Below are positions 9,926 through 19,708 of a stretch of DNA of 64,000 nt, piece after piece. The DNA is taken from positions 1-64,000 of IMG/VR virus record IMGVR_UViG_3300030430_004473; one strand, 5' to 3'. Within the stretch, counting starts at the first letter, position 1. Every line of letters begins with the position of its first letter. The notes under the pieces are model-generated. The model was not told the origin of the DNA. It did no database searches and saw only the letters and a program-made list of their open reading frames with translations. Origin of the DNA: a virus. Both the position numbers and the translations under genes were made by a program.

Positions 9926-9953
9926 AAAGGGGATCGTAAGATCCTCTTTTTTT
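9926..9953 (+). terminator. rho-independent terminator after capsid gene
   Basis: AAAGGGGATC-GTAA-GATCCTCTTT followed by T tract. Confidence 0.85.
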
Positions 9954-9993
9954 ATGTTATACTAGAAGAGCAGAATCAATGCTGGAGGCAAAA

Positions 9994-10293
9994 ATGCTAG
10001 AAGATTATAATTATATATTGGTAAGATCAGATCGTGATTTATCGTTGTCCTATTTATTCAGTACATATACAGAACAAGCGAGTAGTTTCACAGTAGAATT
10101 CAAAGGTCGAGCTTATTGTGGAATAAGATTGAAAGATGAAACTTCAAGAAATGTAGCTCTTTGTTATGGTTGGAATGATATTACAGCTGAATACAAAGAG
10201 TGGACCGAAAAAGAAACAATCAAAGAAGATCCGAAACCAAAAGCAACAGTGAAGAAGAAAGCATCTACTAGAAAGAAATCAGTGAAGAAGTAA
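9994..10293 (+). CDS. hypothetical protein, K-rich tail
   Basis: GGAGG RBS before ATG 9994; TGT-TATACT upstream. Confidence 0.65.
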   Translation: MLEDYNYILVRSDRDLSLSYLFSTYTEQASSFTVEFKGRAYCGIRLKDETSRNVALCYGWNDITAEYKEWTEKETIKEDPKPKATVKKKASTRKKSVKK

Positions 10294-10917
10294 ATGGCAA
10301 CATTCGCACAATTAACAACGATCAAAGCTATGTTAGGCATAAGTGGAGGCACATGTGCCGGAACGACACGATATGATGACGCTATTACAATACTTCTTGA
10401 TGTAGTAGATCAGATCATACTGGATGAGCTAGATTTAACAAGTGCGACAACAACAACATACACAGATTTTATAGATATAGATTTTGTGGGCCAAACAGAA
10501 GTAGCATTGAGACATAGGCCGGTGGTTTCGATAGTAGGTTTGACGATAAATGGAGAAGCTATAAGTGCTTCAACACCTACAACAAACAACGGTACTTATG
10601 TATTAAATAAAGATCTGGGCGTTATCAAAATGGACCCGTTGTATTATGTTATTCCGAGTGGTAGGGCAATAGTACAATGTACTTACACAGCTGGATTTGA
10701 TAGTGTACCGAGCGATCTGGTTTATGCAGGAAATTTAATAGCAGTATCATTATTTAATCAACAGAGTCATGTCGGATTTCAATCAGAAAGAACAAACGGC
10801 TACTCTTATAATCTCGGAAGTGCTGAGGGATCATTTGTTCCAGCTATGGCACGAAGAATATTAAACAAACATAGGCGTTTATTCGCTAGAGGAAGTATAT
10901 ATGGAAACATGGGCTAA
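10294..10917 (+). CDS. head-tail connector/adaptor
   Basis: YTAGFDSVPSDL motif; position after capsid. Confidence 0.75.
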   Translation: MATFAQLTTIKAMLGISGGTCAGTTRYDDAITILLDVVDQIILDELDLTSATTTTYTDFIDIDFVGQTEVALRHRPVVSIVGLTINGEAISASTPTTNNGTYVLNKDLGVIKMDPLYYVIPSGRAIVQCTYTAGFDSVPSDLVYAGNLIAVSLFNQQSHVGFQSERTNGYSYNLGSAEGSFVPAMARRILNKHRRLFARGSIYGNMG

Positions 10918-11149
10918 ACATAAGAAAGAGAATCGTGAATATGGGGTATCAATCAAGCATGAAGCTGAAGGATATGTATATATTTGTGAAGAACCGTTGA
11001 AGATTCGAGAAATGAAATTGAGATATGGTTTTGTAGATTGCGAAGCTCCGATAACTCAAAACGCAGTACAATCGAAACCGGCACCACAAGCTACATCACC
11101 GGAACCAAAGTCGGAAACGACAGAAAAAAAGTCAGAATCAGACCAATAA
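10901..11149 (+). CDS. hypothetical protein
   Basis: GAGG RBS; overlaps previous stop. Confidence 0.55.
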   Translation: METWAKHKKENREYGVSIKHEAEGYVYICEEPLKIREMKLRYGFVDCEAPITQNAVQSKPAPQATSPEPKSETTEKKSESDQ

Positions 11150-11201
11150 TATCGCTGATTATGTTATAATACATTATACTGTAAATTGAGAGTAATGTAT
11201 T

Positions 11202-12188
11202 ATGAATGTATTAAGTTTGTTTGACGGAATTAGTTGTGGTCAATTAGCATTAAAGAATCTAGGTATTACACCGACAAATTATTTTGCAAGTGAAATAGAT
11301 CAATCAGCTATTGATGTAACAATGAAGCATTTTCCGAATACAAAACAGATCGGTGATGTTTGTAAAGTCCAAGCTAGTGATCTACCGAAGATCGATTTAC
11401 TGTTAGCTGGTTCTCCTTGTCAAGGTTTTTCAAGTGCTGGTAGAGGATTAGGACTAGAAGATCCTAGATCGAAGCTGTATTTTGAATTTGAACGATTATT
11501 GAAAGAAGTCCGGCCTACTTACTTCTTACTAGAAAATGTCGTGATGTTATCAAAGGATCTGAATTTGATATCAAGTAGATTAGGATATGAACCGGTATTT
11601 ATAAATAGTGGTCATTTTTCTATAGCTGAAAGAAGAAGATATTACTGGTCAAATATACCGATTCGGAAACTACCGATTGAAAACAATAAACAAGTAATAT
11701 CAGATGTATATCGAAAAGAAGATAAACGTGGAAAGTATCATATAGATATTAAGACGATCAAAGATAATGAACGAAAAAAAACATGTCGAGTAGCTTACAA
11801 TGAAAGATTTATGCAGTGGTCAGACAATCTGGATCACAAAGAGCATAATTATTATAGTCAGACATGTCGAGCTTATTACAGAAGTAGTAAATATCCTTGT
11901 GTTACTTGTACTCAACCGCCAAAATTTATTTCTCATGATGATAATTCAATAGTCTATCCTACAATTCGAGAAATAGAGCTGATGATAGGTTTACCGGAAG
12001 GATATACATCAATACATAACGCATATTATAAACGGCTTCATAACATAGGAAATGGGTGGGATATTCCAACGATAGAGCATATCCTTCAAGACATCCAGGC
12101 TTTGCTGAAGAATAATAAATATCAAGCTCGCAGACCTATCCAAATGCAGTTATTCAGAGATCCGGAGCTTGATTGTCAGATTGACTGA
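11202..12188 (+). CDS. DNA (cytosine-5)-methyltransferase
   Basis: LSLFDGISCG, GSPCQGFS, ENV, RRRYYW, GNGW. Confidence 0.92.
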   Translation: MNVLSLFDGISCGQLALKNLGITPTNYFASEIDQSAIDVTMKHFPNTKQIGDVCKVQASDLPKIDLLLAGSPCQGFSSAGRGLGLEDPRSKLYFEFERLLKEVRPTYFLLENVVMLSKDLNLISSRLGYEPVFINSGHFSIAERRRYYWSNIPIRKLPIENNKQVISDVYRKEDKRGKYHIDIKTIKDNERKKTCRVAYNERFMQWSDNLDHKEHNYYSQTCRAYYRSSKYPCVTCTQPPKFISHDDNSIVYPTIREIELMIGLPEGYTSIHNAYYKRLHNIGNGWDIPTIEHILQDIQALLKNNKYQARRPIQMQLFRDPELDCQID

Positions 12189-12198
12189 CTTCTAACTT

Positions 12199-12651
12199 CT
12201 AACTTTTATCGTTGAGAAGTTTGAACAACTGATATGACTTTTCAAAGTGGCCACCAAGATGAAGAGAGTTTTTAGCTCTAGATCTAGAGTCATTGGTTTG
12301 AATGATTTCAACGATTTTAGCATTGAGCTGGTTCTTTCTTCTGGTGCTCATTCCAACATAAACTTGGAATTCAGCTATAGTTTTGGTTCCTCTCTTACTG
12401 TTACATCTTTTGCAACAAGTGATGAGATTGTTAGCTAGATTGCTACCTCCCTGAGAATCCGGAACGATATGATCTAAAGATAAAGAATTCCAGAAGTCAT
12501 TTCTTTTGATATTATCTTTCTCTATCTGTGACTCAGACATGCCACAGTACCAGCACTTTCTTTGGTCTCGAAAGTAGATCGCTTGACGCTTTTCTCGCGC
12601 GATCCAGCTTCCAGCATGACGTTTTGCTTTGCGATTTCTTTTTGTAGGCAT
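12199..12651 (-). CDS. HNH endonuclease
   Basis: CWYC..LDHIVP..GG.N..NNLITCCKRCNSKRG. Confidence 0.9.
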   Translation of the reverse strand: MPTKRNRKAKRHAGSWIAREKRQAIYFRDQRKCWYCGMSESQIEKDNIKRNDFWNSLSLDHIVPDSQGGSNLANNLITCCKRCNSKRGTKTIAEFQVYVGMSTRRKNQLNAKIVEIIQTNDSRSRAKNSLHLGGHFEKSYQLFKLLNDKS

Positions 12652-12681
12652 AATAAACTCCGTTGTTGTTAGTCATAATTT

Positions 12682-12710
12682 ATTCTAACACAAAACGTAT
12701 TACTATACAA
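12682..12710 (-). promoter_or_regulatory. sigma70-type promoter for HNH gene
   Basis: TTGTAT-17-TAGAAT with extended TG; spacer AGTAATACGTTTTGTG shared with 50201-50216. Confidence 0.65.
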
Positions 12711-12722
12711 CAAAAAGAGAAT

Positions 12723-13259
12723 TTATTTTATTTTTCTTTCAATAAACTTCTTCAGACGATCTTCATTGATAGAGAAACAATATAGATCTTCACCGTTGTG
12801 ATTGTAGGTGGGGCCGGTAACAAGCTCGAATACTTTATCTTTTGGAACATTCTGATAATGATATTCTGTAGCTGTATCATGATCGTGATTCCAAGCTATA
12901 TAGAAACGAACATTGAAAGAATTATCTTGATTTCTAGTTATTTTCATAGGTTCTATATAGTGAATCCATCCCTCGTTTGTAACCGAGAAACCAATTTTAT
13001 TTGCGTATTCTTTTATTTGAACAAAAGAACGTTCTACAGAACGATTGATCCAAGCTTCGAAACTGATAACTTGTTTCAGTTCTTTTTTAGAATCATCATC
13101 ATAGACTATTGTAATATCAATAGGATCGTGGCCTTCGTAATGATATGTATAGCCACCGCCAAAATATTGATCTTCTTTGTTTTCAGTAACCAGCTTAGAA
13201 TTACTGAATTGAAGATTAGAAATCTTTTTATCAAATAGGTCTGTATGTTTATTAGTCAT
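12723..13259 (-). CDS. hypothetical protein
   Basis: ACAACGGAGG RBS. Confidence 0.7.
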   Translation of the reverse strand: MTNKHTDLFDKKISNLQFSNSKLVTENKEDQYFGGGYTYHYEGHDPIDITIVYDDDSKKELKQVISFEAWINRSVERSFVQIKEYANKIGFSVTNEGWIHYIEPMKITRNQDNSFNVRFYIAWNHDHDTATEYHYQNVPKDKVFELVTGPTYNHNGEDLYCFSINEDRLKKFIERKIK

Positions 13260-13317
13260 AATATCCTCCGTTGTAAGTAATAAATAATATGTATTGTTGT
13301 ATCTTTGCAGACAGCTT

Positions 13318-13527
13318 TCAAAATGGAATTTTCAATATTTCTTCAGCTAGATATTTGGCTTTGTGTGCTAACGTCATAGCTTCGAGACTATTGAAATCCG
13401 GATCTACAAACTTGATATGCATGAAAACGCATATTTCCGGTGTTAGTTCTTTGCGAAGTCCACCGGCTCGGTGAACCTTTTTCATCATTAAATAATGATC
13501 GATCAAATAAGAAATAGAATCTACCAT
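13318..13527 (-). CDS. hypothetical protein
   Basis: In-frame ATG 13527 coupled to an upstream mini-ORF. Confidence 0.45.
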   Translation of the reverse strand: MVDSISYLIDHYLMMKKVHRAGGLRKELTPEICVFMHIKFVDPDFNSLEAMTLAHKAKYLAEEILKIPF

Positions 13528-13613
13528 AACATTTCTACCAATGAATAAACCAACATCATCATAGCAATCCAAAGTATTCCGATTTCTAATTTAGATAGGT
13601 CGTTACGTTTCAT
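13521..13613 (-). CDS. 30-aa hydrophobic microprotein
   Basis: MKRNDLSKLEIGILWIAMMMLVYSLVEMLW; overlaps the stop of the GT gene and the start of the next gene. Confidence 0.4.
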   Translation of the reverse strand: MKRNDLSKLEIGILWIAMMMLVYSLVEMLW

Positions 13614-14826
13614 CTTTCAGCTCTAATTTGAAGTTATAATCTTGTATTCTATATGTATCTTTTATTTTGAGCTGTTGTTGAAATCTTTTGTAATCTACAT
13701 GATGATGATACCTATTAAATTTCTTTGTTACAGTTACACAATCGGGATGTTGATCTTGTAGCGATTTAGCAAACAGATATCTATCATCATTGTCAGTATA
13801 AACTGAATCAGTGTTACCACCTTTCATTCTCATAGAAGCTACTTTATCTCCCAAAAATGTAGCGAAGTTTATCGTGCAGAATCCGGCTTTTAAGATACGC
13901 AAACACAGATCTGTATCTTCATTGTACCGGCCTCGCCAAAGCTTTCCGTTTATCTTTATTTGGTTGTTTATTTCTTTATTCATTAAGCTCATAGAATAGA
14001 CTCTCGTATTCAAATAATACGGAGGAATACAGAAGTCATTTTTACAAAGTCCTAGATGATACATGCCTGATATTCCTACATTCGTATATCTATCAGTAAA
14101 GTCCTCTACAGCTGCAAATATAGCTGGTGACTTCACACGATAAGAAATGTTATTGGTCATTCTCCAGAAGTATCGAATATTATCATCAAGTAACCAGTAT
14201 TTTTGAGACGTTACATGATCATCAATCCAATTACGAACCGGAATAGAAGAAGCTGTTGTTGTATCAAAATCGCCAGTAATGACTCTATTTCCGTATATAG
14301 ATTGATAGGGTTCTATTTCATTAGGTTCTACTACGATATAGAAGTCAACGCCCATCCACATTAAAGTTTGAGCAGTTAAACAAGTTTCAGCTCTTCCTTT
14401 GCTTATTATGTATATTGGATATCTAGGTTTTATATCATCAGAAGTATAAATATATTTGTTGATACCTTTTTCATGCTTGTCTTTTTTAGGATACCAGATC
14501 GATTTTGTTTTTTCTGTAATCGGTTGTTCAAAGAAGTCACTGAGCTGATCACAAGTGAAGTTTGTTTTAAGTTCTATATGATGATACGGATATACTTTGA
14601 TTGATCGGTATTCTGGCATGTCGGTCCACTCAAAATCATCACAATTAATTTCATAGTGTTTCTTTTCTCGATTATCTTTTTTGGCAGTAATGATCGTAGT
14701 ATTGCCAAACAAATCCAGGCCGGTATTCATATCAACAGATCTATATTTGATTAGATCCATGTTTATCTTTTTAGAAATGCTTTCAACAGCTGAAATGCTA
14801 TCAAATCTTACTTGTATCGTTCTCAT
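13603..14826 (-). CDS. GREB1-like / TET-associated glycosyltransferase (GT-A), probable DNA base glycosylation
   Basis: PRYPIYIISKGR, WLLDDNI, WRGRYNEDTDL, MKGGNT motifs; GAGG RBS before ATG 14826. Confidence 0.75.
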   Translation of the reverse strand: MRTIQVRFDSISAVESISKKINMDLIKYRSVDMNTGLDLFGNTTIITAKKDNREKKHYEINCDDFEWTDMPEYRSIKVYPYHHIELKTNFTCDQLSDFFEQPITEKTKSIWYPKKDKHEKGINKYIYTSDDIKPRYPIYIISKGRAETCLTAQTLMWMGVDFYIVVEPNEIEPYQSIYGNRVITGDFDTTTASSIPVRNWIDDHVTSQKYWLLDDNIRYFWRMTNNISYRVKSPAIFAAVEDFTDRYTNVGISGMYHLGLCKNDFCIPPYYLNTRVYSMSLMNKEINNQIKINGKLWRGRYNEDTDLCLRILKAGFCTINFATFLGDKVASMRMKGGNTDSVYTDNDDRYLFAKSLQDQHPDCVTVTKKFNRYHHHVDYKRFQQQLKIKDTYRIQDYNFKLELKDET

Positions 14827-14893
14827 AGTATCCTCATAAGAAAGTGATAGCCTAACGTATTGTAGGCTATCTGTTGTTGTTCTATTTAGAAGA

Positions 14894-15514
14894 TTACCAC
14901 GGTTGATTATTTGCCCATTTGCGGATATCTGCTCCACGAATACCGTATGTCATTTGATAATCAGAACCTTCAGTATATTCATCTTCTACTCTCATATATC
15001 CACCGTCTGCAGCTGATTTTGATTTCATCCATTTTACATTTTCAAGTGCTTTATACAACCAGTGGAACCCCACACTGTACTGAAGATCATCCCATGAGTG
15101 GTTGTTTTCATCAGCATATAGTTCTATATATCCAGCTTCATCAAACGATACGTGATAGTGCTTAAAAAAAGCATTATCTATAAGATTTTGCTTTAGATCT
15201 TTTTGATTTAATCTTTTAATTTCTTTATTCCAAACTTTTCCGACAAGTTCTTCTTTTTCATCATACCAACCATGTGTTCTTAAACCGGTTGGAACGTATG
15301 ACCAATTATCTTTCTTAAAAACAGAAAAGACTACTGATAATTGTTCTTTTTCAGAAAGACTTTCCCACTTCTTTCTACTTTTCATGCTTTTCTTCTTTTC
15401 GTTTATTATTTTCACAAATTGATTGTGTTTTGTAACTATGTATTTGATGAGCTTGTTATATTCGCTCATTTTACCTATTTTGAAAGATCCCTTAGCTTCT
15501 TGATTACATGACAT
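14894..15514 (-). CDS. hypothetical protein
   Basis: AACAACGGAG RBS and own promoter. Confidence 0.7.
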   Translation of the reverse strand: MSCNQEAKGSFKIGKMSEYNKLIKYIVTKHNQFVKIINEKKKSMKSRKKWESLSEKEQLSVVFSVFKKDNWSYVPTGLRTHGWYDEKEELVGKVWNKEIKRLNQKDLKQNLIDNAFFKHYHVSFDEAGYIELYADENNHSWDDLQYSVGFHWLYKALENVKWMKSKSAADGGYMRVEDEYTEGSDYQMTYGIRGADIRKWANNQPW

Positions 15515-15556
15515 GATTTTTCTCCGTTGTTGAATGTTAGAATGTCTAGTAATAAT

Positions 15557-15584
15557 ATTATAGCATTTTGTATTATATAGTCAA
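15557..15584 (-). promoter_or_regulatory. sigma70-type promoter
   Basis: TTGACT-16-(TGC)TATAAT. Confidence 0.65.
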
Positions 15585-15587
15585 ATT

Positions 15588-16112
15588 TTAATTTGCATTT
15601 ATTTCAATATATTGATCTTTTTGATCGGTTTTTTGAAATATTCCAACATTATCTCCCCAATAACCAGATTCATCAATGTAGTATTCTATTAGTGATACGT
15701 CTGTATTCCACTTTGCTAGAGCAGGATAGGCATCAGCTAAGAATCGCCAGCAATCACGATCCCAATGATACGATCCTCTACTCGGTGTGCATATATATAT
15801 GTAACCTCCAAGCTTCGTTATTCGTACCATTTCATTGAACGTAACCCAAAAAGCTTGATCGTGTTCAAACATAGAAGTAGAAACAACAACATCAATAGAA
15901 GATGTATTGATCGGATATTTATTGTGAGCTTCAACAACAATATCAACCCCTTCAGCTTGTCTTATATCTAGTGTTCTATAATTGTGTTCAGCGAAAAGAT
16001 TTCTCAGATTTCCGTTTATGTCGGCCCCTCCGATATCAATTACTTCAAGGCCTGGCCGTGATAGGTACTTGTTTACGAATTTCGTTATATTATTTAGGGC
16101 AGTTGGGTGCAT
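15588..16112 (-). CDS. class I SAM-dependent methyltransferase (type 11-like)
   Basis: VIDIGGADING, DVVVSTSMFEH, DCWRF. Confidence 0.8.
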   Translation of the reverse strand: MHPTALNNITKFVNKYLSRPGLEVIDIGGADINGNLRNLFAEHNYRTLDIRQAEGVDIVVEAHNKYPINTSSIDVVVSTSMFEHDQAFWVTFNEMVRITKLGGYIYICTPSRGSYHWDRDCWRFLADAYPALAKWNTDVSLIEYYIDESGYWGDNVGIFQKTDQKDQYIEINAN

Positions 16113-16172
16113 TGTAATACCAAAGTAATAGGTTATGTGTTATAATATATAATGCAATAGGAGAACAAAAGC

Positions 16173-16793
16173 ATGAATAGTATAGATACAAATGAACATA
16201 TATTGAACCGAGCTGACATGATCAATATGATAGCTCAGAAGATCAAAGCAAAGTCCTATCTTGAAATAGGCGTTCAAACAGGCAAAACGTTTAACAACGT
16301 CAACATAACTGAAAAAGTAGGTGTCGATCCAGATTCTCGTTGGGATAGTCAAACGCATTTAATGACTTCTGACTTCTTCTTTGAAACAAACAATCAAACT
16401 TTTGATATCATCTTTGTAGATGGCCTACATGAATCAGAACAATGTTATAAAGATATACAGAACGCATTAAAATGCCTTAATTCTGGCGGTGTTATATTAG
16501 TGGATGATGTAGCACCAAAGAAGAAAGAATATCAGACTAGAGAGCCAACAGCTCTTCACTGGACCGGTGATGTTTGGCGAGCTTGGATCAAGGTTCGAAG
16601 AGTTTCAAGATATCATACAAAAACGTATGATGTTGCTTTTGGAATAGGAATCATAGACACAAATGAAACAAACGCAGCTACTTACTGGAAAACAACAGAC
16701 AATATAGATTATGATACGTTTCGATCTCAGTTCTTCTATGAATATTTGAATCTAGCAAGTGCAGAACAGTTTCAACGAGATTGGAATATATAA
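16173..16793 (+). CDS. class I SAM-dependent methyltransferase (type 24-like)
   Basis: YLEIGV, FDIIFVDGLH, GGVILVDD, WTGDVW. Confidence 0.8.
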   Translation: MNSIDTNEHILNRADMINMIAQKIKAKSYLEIGVQTGKTFNNVNITEKVGVDPDSRWDSQTHLMTSDFFFETNNQTFDIIFVDGLHESEQCYKDIQNALKCLNSGGVILVDDVAPKKKEYQTREPTALHWTGDVWRAWIKVRRVSRYHTKTYDVAFGIGIIDTNETNAATYWKTTDNIDYDTFRSQFFYEYLNLASAEQFQRDWNI

Positions 16794-16828
16794 TAGATTG
16801 TGATATAATATAAATATACGGAGAACCT

Positions 16829-17191
16829 ATGAAAGAATATGAACAAATAAAGAATGACATTCAATTAAAAATAGCTAGATCAAGTATGGCTAACATTACT
16901 GAAGCAATACAAGAAATAGATATGTATATTCACGTTAATTGTATGAAACACGACATAAAATATAGAGTACACAAACAGGTTGGAGATATTCAAACAGAAG
17001 TACTATTTAATGAAGTAGTATCTACACACTTTGCAGACGTTGATCGTAGACCTGAAGGCCTTTGTGATTTGTGGAATCTAGTATCATATAGAGCTGATCT
17101 AGTGTGGAAATATAGAGCGGTATATTCACGATTCAAAATATGTATGGATAACATTAAAAAAAACAATAAAAACAACAAGGAGATAGCATGA
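16829..17191 (+). CDS. hypothetical protein
   Basis: TGA-TATAAT and ACGGAG RBS. Confidence 0.65.
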   Translation: MKEYEQIKNDIQLKIARSSMANITEAIQEIDMYIHVNCMKHDIKYRVHKQVGDIQTEVLFNEVVSTHFADVDRRPEGLCDLWNLVSYRADLVWKYRAVYSRFKICMDNIKKNNKNNKEIA

Positions 17192-17976
17192 AATATGGTT
17201 TTTTACTTATAACGGATGAATATTATAGCTTTAGGAAAGATCAGATCAGTATGATTGATCGAGTTCTATCGCATTATGACAATCCGAAAATAATCGGTAG
17301 ACAGATCAAAGGAACAGACACAAAAGATATTTTGAATAAATTGAGAAAAGAATCTATGAATATTGTAGCTCTGAAACAGCAACGAAAGATAGAACGTCTT
17401 TTTGTTATTGTTGCTTGTGGAATGAATGAATTAAAAGGTGGAGGAAGTTCGAAGTGGAATAAAATTCATCTGGAATCAATATCCAATGAGCTTGATCTAT
17501 TAGAAGTAGAGAAGATCTTTATAAATCCTCAAATGCAGAAGAAGAATGATTTTAATAAACATCAAAGAGTTTGGTTATCGTCATATACTGAAAGATTAAA
17601 ACAGCTTAAAGACATCAATCTTATGAATCATCAAGTGAAAGATCTGAAAGTAAATAAAACAGATATAGAAGTATTGAGTAAAAGGATATCCTCTATCTTG
17701 AAAAGATTATATGCTGAGGCCGTAGTTGGAGAAGATAAAGTATTAGTAGCTGATAAAGTAATACCTACAATCGTGGTGAAAAGGCCAAAAAGAAAACGTC
17801 ATTTGAAATTTCCGGAAAAATCAAAGAAAAAAGAAGAAGCAAAACCAAAACCAAAGCTTGTTGTGGTAGAATCTAAAGACAAACCAAAACCAAAAGAAGA
17901 AAAGAATACGAAAAAAGTAAAAGAAAAGAAAGGTATCGATCTAACTTCTTCAAGTTTCAATCTAGCTTCATATTAG
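17188..17976 (+). CDS. hypothetical protein, K-rich C-terminus
   Basis: AAGGAG RBS, ATGA coupling. Confidence 0.65.
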   Translation: MKYGFLLITDEYYSFRKDQISMIDRVLSHYDNPKIIGRQIKGTDTKDILNKLRKESMNIVALKQQRKIERLFVIVACGMNELKGGGSSKWNKIHLESISNELDLLEVEKIFINPQMQKKNDFNKHQRVWLSSYTERLKQLKDINLMNHQVKDLKVNKTDIEVLSKRISSILKRLYAEAVVGEDKVLVADKVIPTIVVKRPKRKRHLKFPEKSKKKEEAKPKPKLVVVESKDKPKPKEEKNTKKVKEKKGIDLTSSSFNLASY

Positions 17977-17985
17977 GAAAATATC

Positions 17986-18441
17986 ATGTTGTATATATGC
18001 GGAAAAAATTATAATACTTACAGATTAAATAGAAGATCAAATATTATTAAGTTAGACGAGAATATTCCTTATGGCAGCTTAGCAAAGATAAATGAATCTT
18101 TTCATATTTCATATAAATCAAACTTCATAGGTTTCTATGGTATAACTGAAGAAGTCAAAAAGTTTGCTCTGGCAAATCAGAATAAGAATCTATTGTTGAT
18201 TATAGCGGACCACATTTCAAATGCCGATCTGATAGCTTTAAAGAACGAAAAGAATATCATACTACACGATAAGAATCTTTATGTAGTACATGACGATCCT
18301 ACACTTCCTTATATCTTAGACGAAAACAATAAAAAAACGTATACTTTTGGCGATACAAACTTTTCAATCATAGAAAAATTACAACCCAAAGAGCTACCAA
18401 AATCGGAAGGTATTGATGTTAGTGACAATAGTCCGGAATAG
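17986..18441 (+). CDS. hypothetical protein
   Basis: ORF with AGGA RBS. Confidence 0.55.
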   Translation: MLYICGKNYNTYRLNRRSNIIKLDENIPYGSLAKINESFHISYKSNFIGFYGITEEVKKFALANQNKNLLLIIADHISNADLIALKNEKNIILHDKNLYVVHDDPTLPYILDENNKKTYTFGDTNFSIIEKLQPKELPKSEGIDVSDNSPE

Positions 18442-19021
18442 AATATCAGTAAAAAGACAAACGACCGAAGCCAAACAAGGAAGTGTAGCAGCTAGTGTAA
18501 CTACATTTCCGGCACCGAGCCAGGCCTCTACTGTATTGCTTGAGCTGAATAATGCAGATACCGGATCAGTATTGATTACTGGAACAGATAAGAATGATGG
18601 GGCCCAAACAGAAACGTTGACGTTTACTTCATCAAAGATAGCTCAAAGTGTGAAAGTGTTCAAAACAGTAACTCAATTAGACTTCACCGATCTAGCCGGA
18701 AATTATTTCTATGCTAGGTTTCGAGGAAGAGACGGATCTAGCGTCAAGGTTCAATCAACAGTATACACTTGTATAAATGCTCAGATATCGCCAAGTAGAC
18801 AGAGCTGGCCTAACGATAGAAGTGGAACAGTGCAAAGCGGTAATATGAAGATTCTAGTGCCTTTGTATTGTATAGATGAATCTAACGTAATACAATCCGG
18901 TGACTTACTAACAGATCTAGATAGCTCGCAAGTCTTTATGGCAACAGGAAATATATTCTTTGAAGGAATCGGAATAAACAGATATCAGGTTATATATGCA
19001 GAAAGACGAGAAAGAACGTAA
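18416..19021 (+). CDS. virion structural protein, possibly head-closure
   Basis: T/S-rich beta-type composition; C-terminal IQSGDLLTD resembles head-closure proteins. Confidence 0.45.
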   Translation: MLVTIVRNRISVKRQTTEAKQGSVAASVTTFPAPSQASTVLLELNNADTGSVLITGTDKNDGAQTETLTFTSSKIAQSVKVFKTVTQLDFTDLAGNYFYARFRGRDGSSVKVQSTVYTCINAQISPSRQSWPNDRSGTVQSGNMKILVPLYCIDESNVIQSGDLLTDLDSSQVFMATGNIFFEGIGINRYQVIYAERRERT

Positions 19022-19274
19022 TTTTATTGATAAGAAGTTACTGAAATATTTGTTGAAAAAACTAGAATTTGATGTTTGGTTACTAGCTGATAGAACAGGA
19101 ATCAAGTATATGAAAATTTGGTTGTCTGTAAATTCTACTCGAAGATTAAAAGATGAAGAGTTAGATATCTTATCAGAATATGTAAAGAAAAATACATCAC
19201 TAACAGATCACTACATAAATAAGCGTTTTAACAAGCTTTATGCTCGTAATAGGCGATCTCCAAAAACGAGGTAG
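18996..19274 (+). CDS. hypothetical basic protein
   Basis: 92-aa ORF. Confidence 0.4.
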   Translation: MQKDEKERNFIDKKLLKYLLKKLEFDVWLLADRTGIKYMKIWLSVNSTRRLKDEELDILSEYVKKNTSLTDHYINKRFNKLYARNRRSPKTR

Positions 19275-19297
19275 TCAATACATGTTATACTGTTGAC

Positions 19298-19708
19298 ATG
19301 AAACGTCTTTATAAAAATTTCCTTGCTACATTGAAGTATAGCGATACTCAGCTTTATGAATTGAGTATATCGCTATTGATGATACTTCTGAATCCGTTTC
19401 ATTTGTTGGGTTTGGTAAGTTGTACTCATATTGACAGTGCTATGGTAGCTCTATTGATGGTTCTATCAGTTATAGTCGGCCTGGCCCTGTTCGGAAGTGT
19501 GTTATCTCAGAAATTAAATCGTAGATATTTTGTAGCTAAATTGTACTGGTTCTTTACATTACTAACAATAGCAAGTATTATTAAATGCGGTATTCACGAA
19601 GCTGGTCTATTAGCTTCTTTTCTATTACAATTTTTCAGTTCTTTGTTTCTAGTCTGGCGATTAGGGTTAGAAGTAGTTCACAGAGAAATTAGAAAGAGGA
19701 GATCATAA
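19298..19708 (+). CDS. membrane protein (4 TM), holin candidate
   Basis: Four hydrophobic segments and a basic C-terminus. Confidence 0.55.
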   Translation: MKRLYKNFLATLKYSDTQLYELSISLLMILLNPFHLLGLVSCTHIDSAMVALLMVLSVIVGLALFGSVLSQKLNRRYFVAKLYWFFTLLTIASIIKCGIHEAGLLASFLLQFFSSLFLVWRLGLEVVHREIRKRRS

